Below are positions 47,968-58,150 of a stretch of DNA of 64,000 bases, one piece after another (positions within the stretch are counted from its first letter, which is position 1; each line of letters opens with the position of its first letter). The stretch is from Candidatus Altiarchaeota archaeon (GTDB taxonomy: Archaea; Altiarchaeota; Altiarchaeia; IMC4; QMZM01). Below the pieces are notes generated by a model that was not told the DNA's origin, ran no database searches, and was given only the letters and a program-made list of their open reading frames with translations. Where the stretch lies: positions 51,768 through 115,767 of the forward strand of contig JAFGDV010000022.1 in NCBI GenBank assembly GCA_016931955.1. Reading direction: 5' to 3'. Both the position numbers and the translations under genes were made by a program.

Positions 47968-49095
47968 ATGATTGGTAGGCAACAATTGTCGGACGTTCTG
48001 GCTAACTACAAAAAAAAGAAGGTAACAATTGGTGTCCTTGGTTCGCATTCTGCCCTCGACATCTGCCTTGGAGCGAAGAATAATGGCTTTAGAACGCTGG
48101 TCGTCTGCCAGAGGGGCAGAGAAAAGACCTACGCCCAATACTATAGATCCATGAGCAACTCAGGGGTAGTAGACGAAACCATCATATTGGACAAATTCAC
48201 AGAAATAACGAAACCAGAGATCCTGGAGAAGCTTCAGAAGAAGAATACCGTATTCATACCCCACCGCTCCTTTGAGGTATATGTGGGCTTCGATAGGATA
48301 GAAGACGACTTCCTGATCCCAATATTCGGCACTCGATCACTTCTCCGCGCAGAGGAGAGAGAAGCCCCAAGGAACCAATATTATCTGATGGAGGAAGCAG
48401 GCATACCATATCCTAGGAGGTACAGGAGACCGGAAGACATCGATCAGTTAGTCATCGTGAAGGTGGCCGAAGCTGAGCGGAGCTATGAAAGGGCGTTCTT
48501 TTTCGCTGCGAGCCCGGAAGAGTACTATAAGAAATCAAATCAACTTATTGATCAGAAAAGGATAACACAAGAGGCCTTAAACAACGCCATCATTGAGGAG
48601 TTCGTAGTCGGTGCCCAGGTGAACTTCAACTACTTCTACTCCCCACTGGATGACAGACTGGAGCTCCTTGGCACGGACACGAGAAGGCAGACCAATCTCG
48701 ACGGGCTGCTGCATCTCCCCGTGCCCCAACAGATAGAGGTTCTAAAGTACTTGGACGTCAAGACCATAGAGGCGGGACACATAGCATGCACGGTGAAGGA
48801 GTCCCTCCTAGAGCAGATATTCGAGTTAGGTGAAAGGCTGGTGGAAGTCACAAAGAAGGAGTACCCCCCAGGGATAATAGGTCCATTCGCACTGCAGGCT
48901 GCGTTCAAGCCCGGACCGCCGAAGGAAACCGCTGTTGTATTTGACGTAAGCCTCCGGGTTCAAGGCTCCCCCGGAACAAGGTTCACACCCTACTCCGGGT
49001 ACTTGCACAGGGAGCCCCTGAGCGTTGGTGACAGGATAGGCATGGAGATTAAGAAGGCTGTCAAGGAAGACAGGTTAGATGACATCATAACATAG
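47968..49095 (+). CDS. purP: PurP-family ATP-grasp protein
   Basis: GSHSAL..GAK..GF.T; ERAFF; GPFALQ; DVS.R.GSPG. Confidence 0.88.
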   Translation: MIGRQQLSDVLANYKKKKVTIGVLGSHSALDICLGAKNNGFRTLVVCQRGREKTYAQYYRSMSNSGVVDETIILDKFTEITKPEILEKLQKKNTVFIPHRSFEVYVGFDRIEDDFLIPIFGTRSLLRAEEREAPRNQYYLMEEAGIPYPRRYRRPEDIDQLVIVKVAEAERSYERAFFFAASPEEYYKKSNQLIDQKRITQEALNNAIIEEFVVGAQVNFNYFYSPLDDRLELLGTDTRRQTNLDGLLHLPVPQQIEVLKYLDVKTIEAGHIACTVKESLLEQIFELGERLVEVTKKEYPPGIIGPFALQAAFKPGPPKETAVVFDVSLRVQGSPGTRFTPYSGYLHREPLSVGDRIGMEIKKAVKEDRLDDIIT

Positions 49096-50160
49096 GTGCG
49101 GTATATGATAACCAGAGGAGATATCAAGGAGATCCTGGATAGGTACAAGAGCACTACGATAGCGACCATATGTTCTCACACAGCCCTGCAGATATTCCAT
49201 GGCGCAAGGGAGGAGGGCTTCAAAACCTTGGGGATATGCAAGCCTGAACTGAGAGGATTCTATGAGTCTTTTCCATTAGCGAAGCCCGACGTCTTCGTAG
49301 AGGTTGAAGACTACAGTGAGGTTCTGGATGACGCAATCCAGAAAAAGCTTAGGATAGAAAACGCCGTCGTAATCCCACACGGCTCCTTTGTTGAATACGT
49401 CGGAGCAGAGAACATACTTGAGAAATTTTCAGTACCGATGTTCGGCAACCGGGAGGTCTTAGAGTGGGAATCTGATAGAAAAAAGGAGGGCAGATGGTTG
49501 AATGCGGCAGGTATAAGGATGCCCCTCGTCTTCAAGAAGCCTTCCGATATCGATAGGCTTGTCATGGTGAAGTTCCCAGGAGCAAAGGGGGGTAAAAGCT
49601 ATTTTCTCGCGAGAAACGAGGACGAATTCCATCAAGGGATCGAGGAAAGCGGGATGAAAGGGGGGGAATACATGATCCAAGAATATGTTATTGGGACAAG
49701 GTTTTATCCCCACTACTTCTATTCCCCGCTCACCGGAAACACTGAATTCCTGAGCGTCGACGTAAGATATGAATCAAACATCGACGGCATGGTTCGAGTC
49801 CCACATATCATGGACAACTTGGACCCAACCTTCGTGGTCACCGGGAATATTCCAGTGGTGGTCAGAGAATCCCTGATCCCAAAGATCAGGGACATGGGCT
49901 CTTCAGTAGTAGAATCTTCTGAGCAGCTATTCCCTCCCGGAATAAATGGACCCTTCTGTATTGAGACAATATGCACTGACAACCTGGAATTCGTGGCCTT
50001 TGAGATATCTGCGAGGATAGTTGCTGGAACCAACCTATACATACATGGTTCACCCTATTCTCAACTCCTGTACAGGGAGCCTATGAGCACGGGTAGGCGG
50101 ATTTCACGGGAGATCAAGATGGCGATGGAAGGTGGGCTTTTGGAAAGGATCATATATTAG
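49096..50160 (+). CDS. purP: FAICAR synthetase PurP
   Basis: SHTALQI; GAKGG; RYESN.DG; FEISARIVAGTN. Confidence 0.92.
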   Translation: MRYMITRGDIKEILDRYKSTTIATICSHTALQIFHGAREEGFKTLGICKPELRGFYESFPLAKPDVFVEVEDYSEVLDDAIQKKLRIENAVVIPHGSFVEYVGAENILEKFSVPMFGNREVLEWESDRKKEGRWLNAAGIRMPLVFKKPSDIDRLVMVKFPGAKGGKSYFLARNEDEFHQGIEESGMKGGEYMIQEYVIGTRFYPHYFYSPLTGNTEFLSVDVRYESNIDGMVRVPHIMDNLDPTFVVTGNIPVVVRESLIPKIRDMGSSVVESSEQLFPPGINGPFCIETICTDNLEFVAFEISARIVAGTNLYIHGSPYSQLLYREPMSTGRRISREIKMAMEGGLLERIIY

Positions 50161-50169
50161 AGAGTTAAG

Positions 50170-52860
50170 ATGGCTGACGAAGTCTGGCATTCTATGGAAA
50201 TAGAAGACCTGTTGCAGGAGATGGGCTCCAGCCTTAGCGGCCTATCAGAGGACGAAGTAGGGAGGAAGCTTTCAGGATTCGGCCCGAACGAGATAAGAGG
50301 GCAGGCCAGGATAACGCCCCTCCAGATATTACTTGAACAGTTCAAGAACTTCCTGGTTATTATACTGATAGCTGCAGCAATCGCTTCTTTGGGCATAGGT
50401 GTTTTCCATGGCTCCGAGGAGGACATACTGGAGGCTACTGCGATCATCTTTGTCGTAATCTTCATTGCTGTTACTGGTTTTATTCAGGAATATAGGGCTG
50501 AGAAGGAGCTTGAAGCCCTGAAGAGCATGGTTTCCCCCACCGCCTTGGTGATAAGGAACGGCAAGAAGGAAGAGATCCCAGCCAGGGATATTGTCCCAGG
50601 GGACATCATATTGGTCGAAGCAGGAGATAAGATCCCTGCAGACTCAAGACTATTGGATGCGATAAACCTGAGCATGGACGAAGCATCCCTCACAGGCGAG
50701 TCCCTGCCAGTCGAAAAGGAGGTCTCTGTCCTTAAAGAGGAGACCGCCTTAGGCGACAGACGAAACATGGTATTCATGGGGACGAACGCCACATACGGGA
50801 AGGGGACCGCCATTGTGGTGGAGACTGGGATGAAAACCCAATTGGGGAAGATCGCTGAGAAGATCCAGACCATGGAAGCGGAGAAAACACCCCTGCAGGT
50901 GAGGCTTGACTTGGTCGGGAGACAGATCGGCTGGATCGTGATCATCCTCTGCTCGATAATATTCATCGCAGGCATGCTTAAGGGCGAGGAACCTGTCTTC
51001 ATGTTTTTAGTCGCTGTTGCTCTTGCCGTCGCGGCTGTCCCAGAGGGTCTACCGGCTGTTGTCACCGTCACCCTTGCAAGGGGTATGAGGTTGATGGTGA
51101 AAAAGAACGCCATAGTCAGAAAGCTGACTGCAGTAGAAACCCTGGGCTCAACGGACATAATCTGTTCCGACAAAACCGGAACCCTCACCCGGAATGAGAT
51201 GACGATAAGAAGGATCTACGTAAACAACCGGACGATTGAGGTCACCGGTGAAGGCTATAAGCCAAGCGGCGAATTCTTGATCGACAATGAAGTGATAGAC
51301 CCCACATCGGAAGACCTGCAGTTGATCCTCCGCATTGGTACGCTCTGCAACAACTCATCCCTTGAGAAGACAGCTGACGGCTGGCGGATCACTGGGGACC
51401 CGACTGAGGCTAGTCTGGTAGTCGCCGCCTCCAAAGCCAGGATAAAGCAGAGCAGGATAAACGAAGACTACCCAAGGATCGCTGAACTTCCCTTCGACTC
51501 CAACAGGAAGAGGATGACTACCATACACAAGACCCCTGAGGGTGAAAAGTTTGCCTACGTCAAGGGCGCCCCTGACGTTATCCTCAATCTCTGTAAGTAT
51601 ATCTACCAAGATGGAGGTGAGGTAATTCTAACAGACGAAGACAGGGAGAGGATCCTATCGATGAACGACCTCTTCGCCGGAGACGCACTCAGAATCCTTG
51701 GAGCAGCCTACAGGAGGCTTGACCACGTAGGGGATCTCACAGGTGATCTGGAAAGGGATTTGGTCTTCGTCGGTTTGCTTGGGATGATTGATCCTCCGAG
51801 GGAGGACGCCAAGAAGGCTGTGAGGATATGTAAGAAGGCGGGCATAAAGCCCATAATGATTACCGGAGACTACAAGCTCACAGCCATTGCGGTAGCGAAA
51901 GAGCTTGAGATGTTCATAGAAGGTGACACGGTTTTAACCGGCGTGGAACTGGACAGGATCTCCGATAACGAGCTTGAGGGGGTTGTTGACAAAGTCACAA
52001 TATACGCTAGGGTCTCGCCTGAACATAAGCTGAAGATCGTCAAGGCCCTGAAGAACAGGGGGCATATTGTAGCGATGACCGGTGACGGCGTCAACGACGC
52101 CCCGGCTTTGAAGAAAGCGGACATCGGAGTCGCCATGGGCATCACTGGAACGGATGTTACGAAGGAGGCAAGCGACATGGTCTTAACGGATGACAACTTC
52201 GCTTCCATTGTCTCTGCAGTCGCCGAGGGCAGGGGGATATATGACAACATAAAGCTCTTCATAAAGTATCTTCTCTCGTGCAACATAGGGGAGGTTATGA
52301 CCATCTTTATTGGAATGATGGCCTTAGGGAGACTGCCCCTGCTCCCACTGCAGATCCTGTGGATGAACCTTCTCACAGACGCTGCACCAGCTCTTGCCCT
52401 AGGGTGGAATCCACCAGACCCAGATATCATGAACAGGAAGCCAAGGAATCCCAAAGAGCAGATTATCACAAAGAAGACAATAACAAGATTCGTAGGAATC
52501 GGTGTCTTAATGGGCGCTGGAACACTCTTCGCCTTCAATTATATGAATCCCTCCATTAACGAAACACAGGCTCAGACTATGGCCTTCACAACCCTCGTTC
52601 TATTCCAGATGTTCTACGTCTTAAGCTGCAGGTCGGAGAAGTTCCCATTCTTTAGGGTTGGTGCGTTATCTAATGGATACCTGATAATGGCTGTGATATT
52701 CTCAGTGCTCATGCAGATCGCAGTCGTGGGTTTACCGCTCTTTCAGACGTTTTTTGGAACAACCACGCTCAGCATTACAGAATGGTCTATAGCCATTCTC
52801 ATCTCTTCTTCGGCTTTTCTTATCCCGGAGATTTTGAAATATAAGAAAGTAACGATATAA
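50170..52860 (+). CDS. Ca2+-transporting P2-type ATPase
   Basis: TGES, PEGL, DKTGTLT, KGAP, GDGVND. Confidence 0.93.
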   Translation: MADEVWHSMEIEDLLQEMGSSLSGLSEDEVGRKLSGFGPNEIRGQARITPLQILLEQFKNFLVIILIAAAIASLGIGVFHGSEEDILEATAIIFVVIFIAVTGFIQEYRAEKELEALKSMVSPTALVIRNGKKEEIPARDIVPGDIILVEAGDKIPADSRLLDAINLSMDEASLTGESLPVEKEVSVLKEETALGDRRNMVFMGTNATYGKGTAIVVETGMKTQLGKIAEKIQTMEAEKTPLQVRLDLVGRQIGWIVIILCSIIFIAGMLKGEEPVFMFLVAVALAVAAVPEGLPAVVTVTLARGMRLMVKKNAIVRKLTAVETLGSTDIICSDKTGTLTRNEMTIRRIYVNNRTIEVTGEGYKPSGEFLIDNEVIDPTSEDLQLILRIGTLCNNSSLEKTADGWRITGDPTEASLVVAASKARIKQSRINEDYPRIAELPFDSNRKRMTTIHKTPEGEKFAYVKGAPDVILNLCKYIYQDGGEVILTDEDRERILSMNDLFAGDALRILGAAYRRLDHVGDLTGDLERDLVFVGLLGMIDPPREDAKKAVRICKKAGIKPIMITGDYKLTAIAVAKELEMFIEGDTVLTGVELDRISDNELEGVVDKVTIYARVSPEHKLKIVKALKNRGHIVAMTGDGVNDAPALKKADIGVAMGITGTDVTKEASDMVLTDDNFASIVSAVAEGRGIYDNIKLFIKYLLSCNIGEVMTIFIGMMALGRLPLLPLQILWMNLLTDAAPALALGWNPPDPDIMNRKPRNPKEQIITKKTITRFVGIGVLMGAGTLFAFNYMNPSINETQAQTMAFTTLVLFQMFYVLSCRSEKFPFFRVGALSNGYLIMAVIFSVLMQIAVVGLPLFQTFFGTTTLSITEWSIAILISSSAFLIPEILKYKKVTI

Positions 52861-52880
52861 TCTTATAGGGAGGAATAAAG

Positions 52881-53567
52881 ATGGTCTTAATAAAGATTGC
52901 AAAGGAATATGAGAGGGGAGTCATATTCAGACTGGGTAGGCTTGCCGGCACCCGCGGTCCGGGTTTATTTATTGTTATACCGGGTATGGAAGAGGCTGTG
53001 ATTATTGACCTTAGGGTTGTGACGTTGGATGTTCCGCCGCAAGACATTATTACAGAGGACAACGTTCCCGTTAAGGTGAACGCAGTGATCTATTTTAGGA
53101 TAGTAGACCCAGAGAGGTCGGTTATTGAGATAAAGGACTACATGCTGGCTACATCCCAGATATCACAAACCTCGTTGAGGAGCACACTAGGTAGGGTCGA
53201 ACTCGACGAACTACTATCACATAGGGAGAAACTGAACGAGGAACTGCAGCTGATAATCGACAAGGCCACTGATCCATGGGGTATAAAGGTCACCGCAGTC
53301 GAGATAAAGGACGTTGAGATCCCGGAGAGTATGAAACGCGCGATCGCAAAGCAAGCCGAGGCTGAAAGAGAGAGAAGGGCCAGGGTGATCCTCTCAAAGG
53401 GCGAGTATGAAGCCGCCGAAAAGCTCCGGGATGCTGGGGATCTGTTGGGAGCTGATCCTATAAGCCTTCGCTACCTTGAGGCTATCACAGACGTCTCCAA
53501 AGAGCATAATACAACCATATTGTTCCCTGTGGAGATGATAAAGTTCCTCAAGAAGGAGAAGGACTAG
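52881..53567 (+). CDS. SPFH/stomatin (slipin) protein
   Basis: YERGVIFRLGR; QAEAERERRA. Confidence 0.9.
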   Translation: MVLIKIAKEYERGVIFRLGRLAGTRGPGLFIVIPGMEEAVIIDLRVVTLDVPPQDIITEDNVPVKVNAVIYFRIVDPERSVIEIKDYMLATSQISQTSLRSTLGRVELDELLSHREKLNEELQLIIDKATDPWGIKVTAVEIKDVEIPESMKRAIAKQAEAERERRARVILSKGEYEAAEKLRDAGDLLGADPISLRYLEAITDVSKEHNTTILFPVEMIKFLKKEKD

Positions 53568-53575
53568 TTAGGGAG

Positions 53576-54142
53576 ATGGACGCCCTACAGAGACTTGGTC
53601 TGGAGAGGGACTGGATATATGAGACCATCGTCGCAACCCATGTCAAAGGCAGGGTGAACTCAGCCCCGATGGGTGTGTGGACTCCAGACCTTGAATCAAT
53701 CAAACTCCGCGTCTATAAGAGAACAAGAACCTGTGAAGACATCATCGAAAACAGGAGATTCGTCGTGAATTTCCCTAACAGTATCAAGGAATTCTATGGA
53801 GCACTGCTGGATGAAAAATCCTTGAATGGCTCTCCCTTCTTGGAGGGCTGTGATGCTGCCCTGGAAGCAGAGGTTTCGGGGATAGACGACAGGGGGGACT
53901 GCGTTGATATAGCCGCCAGGATTTTAGCATATAGGATAGGTGAAAACACCCGCCTCATAAACAGGGCGGAATATCTTGCCCTTGAGTCTTTGATAGCGTA
54001 CTCTAAGCTGCCTTCCTCATCCAAGACTGAGAGGGCTTCGATAGTAGAAGCAATAAAGGAGAACCACCGGATCATATGTAAAACGACTCCTGGGTCAAGG
54101 TTTCAGGCTCTGGTACAGGAGCTCTTGGGTAGGATTCAATAG
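53576..54142 (+). CDS. DUF447 family protein
   Basis: ETIVAT...NSAPMG...T..N-like; INRA..L.LE..I. Confidence 0.75.
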   Translation: MDALQRLGLERDWIYETIVATHVKGRVNSAPMGVWTPDLESIKLRVYKRTRTCEDIIENRRFVVNFPNSIKEFYGALLDEKSLNGSPFLEGCDAALEAEVSGIDDRGDCVDIAARILAYRIGENTRLINRAEYLALESLIAYSKLPSSSKTERASIVEAIKENHRIICKTTPGSRFQALVQELLGRIQ

Positions 54143-54986
54143 GTTCCTCCCATAGTTTAGTGTCCGTTCTATCCATGTAGAGCCTCGTCCACCAGACGGT
54201 GAATACTGGCACTAAAACCATCACAATAGATATCGCATAGAGCAGGTATACACCCCAATTGATGACTGCTCCGATAATGGGTATTACCCCAATAAGCGAC
54301 GTGATCAGGTTGATGATCAGACCACACGCCCACATCACGCCTTTGGTCACGAACAATAGAAACAGGACTGAGAGTTTGTTCTTCATGAAGAACCTGCAGC
54401 CTCTCCTTATGCCCTCGATTGCCCCGAGATCGGATACGATGATAGTATATGACACCGGGATCAATATTATGCTCAGGGCTGTGTCGAATAGCATCAACAA
54501 GGCCAGACTCAGAACAGACAGGGACAGGCCCACGTTTATCAGACCCGAGATGAAAGCAGCAACTACGGGGATTAATAGTAAGACAATCACAAAGAAAACT
54601 ATCAACGAGATCAGGATGGAAGCGAAAAACAGGCTGAGGAACTTCTTCCCGCCATACGCCAGCATATCATTGAATGATGTGCTGCCTGTCCTTATGGCCT
54701 TCTTAGCCATGCCTATGGCCCCCGCCTCAAAGAACGAACCCACGAGCAGCATCAGGAAGATTGCTGCGGTAGTAGCTAATCCCATGACAAGCAACATGGG
54801 CGTCGACATGTTGAATCCGTTGGGGCTCATAGCAGAGTATCCCACCACGAAAATCAAGAAAAAAACTAGAGCAACTATGATCACTACGTTTATTATTCCA
54901 CTTAACAGGAATGGTATCCCCAGGATAATATTGTCCCTCCATGTCCTATACCCCGCCTTTATGATATCCTCAATGGACTCCGTCAT
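54072..54986 (-). CDS. Multi-pass membrane protein (paralog A)
   Basis: SFFEAGAIGMAKKA shared with the next gene; multiple TMs. Confidence 0.8.
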   Translation of the reverse strand: MTESIEDIIKAGYRTWRDNIILGIPFLLSGIINVVIIVALVFFLIFVVGYSAMSPNGFNMSTPMLLVMGLATTAAIFLMLLVGSFFEAGAIGMAKKAIRTGSTSFNDMLAYGGKKFLSLFFASILISLIVFFVIVLLLIPVVAAFISGLINVGLSLSVLSLALLMLFDTALSIILIPVSYTIIVSDLGAIEGIRRGCRFFMKNKLSVLFLLFVTKGVMWACGLIINLITSLIGVIPIIGAVINWGVYLLYAISIVMVLVPVFTVWWTRLYMDRTDTKLWEEPIESYPRAPVPEPETLTQESFYI

Positions 54987-55972
54987 TTTCCTTCAACAAG
55001 TTTCATGTAAAACATAGACCACCAAACGGTTGTTAGAGGTGATATGATGAAGATGGATATCGCCAGCGAAGCCAACACAGCCACTAAAATCGTCGCAATA
55101 AATACCACAGACAACTCGGCCAATAAGGTCATTAGGGATGAATAGTCATTAAAGCGCAACAAATAGAGTATGTCTGCCGGCATGTGCACAAACAACAGAG
55201 CTACTGATAGAGATAGCATGCCTATGAAGGTAACTGCATAGCTAATAAGTTCAACAGCGTATCTGACGAAGAACCAGAAGATGAAGACCAAGAATTTGTT
55301 GCCCATAAAGAATTTGTAGCCCCTCCTGAGGCCGTCAATCACCCCCAGATCGCCTATGACGATAGCATATGGCGTCACAACAAAGAATAGTGTTAAAGCA
55401 ACCATTGATAAACTCAGTAGAGAGGCGCCAAGATTGATAAAGCCCCGAAAAAACATCTCAAACCGCTCTGATAAGGCAATATTTATCAGAATCGGGGCTC
55501 CAAAAAGAAGACAGACCAGTATTAAAACGGCTGCTGAAATGATCAACCTGAAGAGGAATAGATCAAAGAACCTCCTGCTGCCGTAATCCATCATATCAGT
55601 GAATGGACTGTAGGTCACCACTCTACTGATGGGAGAAGCAGCTGCCTCTATGGCCTTCTTCGCCATGCCTATGGCCCCCGCCTCAAAGAACGAACTGATG
55701 AGCATCATCAGAAATAAAAAGACTGTGAAGACCAGTAGGATTATCACGATGGACGCCGGAGCGATCAACTCAGACGCATTACGTAGTGACTCCTTTACCC
55801 CATGTAGATCAGATATTAGCGGGATAGGGAGGAGGGAGAATAATGAAACGACTAAGCCGATTATCAATATGAATGAAACAATCTTATTGAGGAGGAAGGG
55901 TAAAGCTATGCTTAGGTTTCCCTTCCAGACATAGAATCCTTTCCTCAGAATATCCTCTAAACCTTCGGCCAT
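54983..55972 (-). CDS. Multi-pass membrane protein (paralog B)
   Basis: Same motifs as paralog A; 4-bp overlap. Confidence 0.8.
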   Translation of the reverse strand: MAEGLEDILRKGFYVWKGNLSIALPFLLNKIVSFILIIGLVVSLFSLLPIPLISDLHGVKESLRNASELIAPASIVIILLVFTVFLFLMMLISSFFEAGAIGMAKKAIEAAASPISRVVTYSPFTDMMDYGSRRFFDLFLFRLIISAAVLILVCLLFGAPILINIALSERFEMFFRGFINLGASLLSLSMVALTLFFVVTPYAIVIGDLGVIDGLRRGYKFFMGNKFLVFIFWFFVRYAVELISYAVTFIGMLSLSVALLFVHMPADILYLLRFNDYSSLMTLLAELSVVFIATILVAVLASLAISIFIISPLTTVWWSMFYMKLVEGK

Positions 55973-56005
55973 TTCATTAATTATTAACCAGCATGCATAA
56001 AAAGG

Positions 56006-56962
56006 TCACTCCATCACAGAAATCTCTGCACCACTATTGTTTGTATGCGTCCTTATGATTGTTCCTCCCATACCTTCCGCCTTCATGAACGAATCAACTG
56101 CTGATTCAAGCTTCTGCGCCCTGCTGTCCTCGATGAGGCCGTAGACTGCCGGCCCCCATGAGCTCTGACCTGCGCCGTAGGAGCCGGCATCCAGCATACA
56201 GTCTATCAAGCCCTGAGTCAGCTTCTCCTTGTATACTCCACCCTGCACCTCCTTGAAGTACCGTCCAACCTTCCGGTCGATTTCCATAAGGGATTGACCA
56301 AATGCTCCAATATCCTTTTCGACCAACGCAGGCAGCATCTTCATCTGCAGCAGCCAGCATATGTCTTTGGCTATTTCAGGTGACGCTGGAACTATCTTCT
56401 TGAAGGCTGATTCCTCCTCCCTCCCTGAAAGACCTCGTCGGATGGATGGGACAGCGAGTACGAACGTCCAATCATCCGGGAAACTGCTACGATACACTAT
56501 AGATGGGATTCCCTCAGTTGAGCCTGCCTTCTTCCCACCGTCTATTATGAATCCACCCTTCCGGAAGGACTCCACACCTATTCCAGATATAGCACCCCTG
56601 TTCATTATGCGGGCGATTTCCCTGACGTCGACGCTGAGCCTGCTTATATAAGACAAAGCCGAAGCCACCGCCAACGAAAGCTGCGTCCCCGAACCAAGAC
56701 CCACATGCTCTGGAATCGTCTGTTTAACATCGATGACGACTCCAATATCCAGGTTATGGGCTCTCGAAAAAACCTCCACAATCTCCCTGACCCTCTCCCC
56801 ATCCTCCCCAATGATCTCCAATGAATCAGATGTCTTCGCCTCCAACACTATAGAAGGCTTCTCCAGTGCCAGACCAATGCTACCATAGAGCCTCCCAAGA
56901 CCGCCGTTGAGGTCAATCATGCCCAGATGAATCCTCGACGGAGTCTTCACAGTTACATCCAT
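56006..56962 (-). CDS. mptG: Beta-ribofuranosylaminobenzene 5'-phosphate synthase (GHMP family)
   Basis: TPSRIHLG.IDL.G; H.GLGSGTQ; GGFI.DGG; GQSSWGP. Confidence 0.88.
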   Translation of the reverse strand: MDVTVKTPSRIHLGMIDLNGGLGRLYGSIGLALEKPSIVLEAKTSDSLEIIGEDGERVREIVEVFSRAHNLDIGVVIDVKQTIPEHVGLGSGTQLSLAVASALSYISRLSVDVREIARIMNRGAISGIGVESFRKGGFIIDGGKKAGSTEGIPSIVYRSSFPDDWTFVLAVPSIRRGLSGREEESAFKKIVPASPEIAKDICWLLQMKMLPALVEKDIGAFGQSLMEIDRKVGRYFKEVQGGVYKEKLTQGLIDCMLDAGSYGAGQSSWGPAVYGLIEDSRAQKLESAVDSFMKAEGMGGTIIRTHTNNSGAEISVME

Positions 56963-56973
56963 TCTACCATTAA

Positions 56974-58143
56974 TTATTTTCGCACAATCACCTTTATAAC
57001 ATCACCATCCCTTAAAACATGATCCCTACCGATCTTCTTCCGAGTCCTGCAATCAATAGCGCCGATAAATTTGTCGCCTATGTCTGTGTGTATCTTATAC
57101 GCCAGATCCAATGCGGTGCCGCCCTCAGGCAGCAGACGCGCGTCCGGTAACACATTCCCCTTGGAGTCAGTGAGCTTGTTCTCGTTTTCTACAGGATAGA
57201 CGACGATCTGTCTCAAAACGTCGAAGACTGCCGTATTCAGGCACTCTTGGACGCCTGTGGAACCAAATCTCTCCAGAACCTCCTTCCTTATAAAATCCAA
57301 TGCATGCTTTTGTTTTTCGCTAACCTCCTTAAGAACCTGAAACCCAGGATCGCCGGGGACGTACTCTATAACGCCTGAGATGGCTGCAAGCCTCAATCCC
57401 AGCTCCGCCTCCGCACACGTCGGAGTCATCTGGTATTCTGCCTTCAATCTGTCAAGGTTCTCCTTATCCAGATCGACCTTGTTTCCACAGAGGATGATTG
57501 ACTTAGAAACCCTCCTCAACGAAGACGAGAAATTCTTCAAGTCTTCGTCTTCCCAGTCTGTTTTCCCTTCAAGTCCGGCCTTCTGTATCGCCTCCTTCAC
57601 ATCTCCTTCAGTAACCTCAAGACCTGACAGCTGATCGGTTAACTCCGTCACCATGTCCTTCCCAAGGTGCCTGATTTTTGAGAATATCTTTCCCCAGTTC
57701 TTACTCAGTATCCCATAAAACCATGCATCGATTTCTTCCTCAAGGAATCTTATGTCAAATTCTGGGTCGTGGCCTTCTGTTGGATTGCCTTTATCGTCTG
57801 TTCTACCAGAGACATCGACGACATGTATGAGAGCATCAGCCCTCCTGAGGTCGTCCAGGAACTGGTTCCCTAAACCCTTACCCTCATGCGCGCCTGGGAC
57901 GAGGCCTGCGACATCGATTAACTTTACTGGGATGAAACGATTGCCATTAACACATAGAGAATTCTGGGGATTACATTCTACGTTGAATTCCCTGCAGACG
58001 CAGTTCTTCCTAACGTAGCCTACGCCGACGTTCGGCTTTATTGTAGTAAATGGGAAGTTCGCTATCTCGGCGTCTGCGAGAGTCAGCGCCTTAAAGAAGG
58101 TGCTCTTCCCCACATTCGGTTTCCCTACGACTCCAACCTCCAT
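56974..58143 (-). CDS. ychF: YchF-family GTPase with TGS domain
   Basis: GKPNVGKST, FTT, DVAGL, GLGNQFL, NKVD, IHTD. Confidence 0.92.
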   Translation of the reverse strand: MEVGVVGKPNVGKSTFFKALTLADAEIANFPFTTIKPNVGVGYVRKNCVCREFNVECNPQNSLCVNGNRFIPVKLIDVAGLVPGAHEGKGLGNQFLDDLRRADALIHVVDVSGRTDDKGNPTEGHDPEFDIRFLEEEIDAWFYGILSKNWGKIFSKIRHLGKDMVTELTDQLSGLEVTEGDVKEAIQKAGLEGKTDWEDEDLKNFSSSLRRVSKSIILCGNKVDLDKENLDRLKAEYQMTPTCAEAELGLRLAAISGVIEYVPGDPGFQVLKEVSEKQKHALDFIRKEVLERFGSTGVQECLNTAVFDVLRQIVVYPVENENKLTDSKGNVLPDARLLPEGGTALDLAYKIHTDIGDKFIGAIDCRTRKKIGRDHVLRDGDVIKVIVRK

Positions 58144-58150
58144 CTTACCC

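Noticed and set aside
47968-50160. Tandem purP duplication as a novelty
   Set aside because: Two PurP-family paralogs are common in archaea
50484-55934. Long antisense ORFs (e.g. 50484-51188, 51870-52538, 54259-55017)
   Set aside because: Shadows of well-supported genes on the opposite strand
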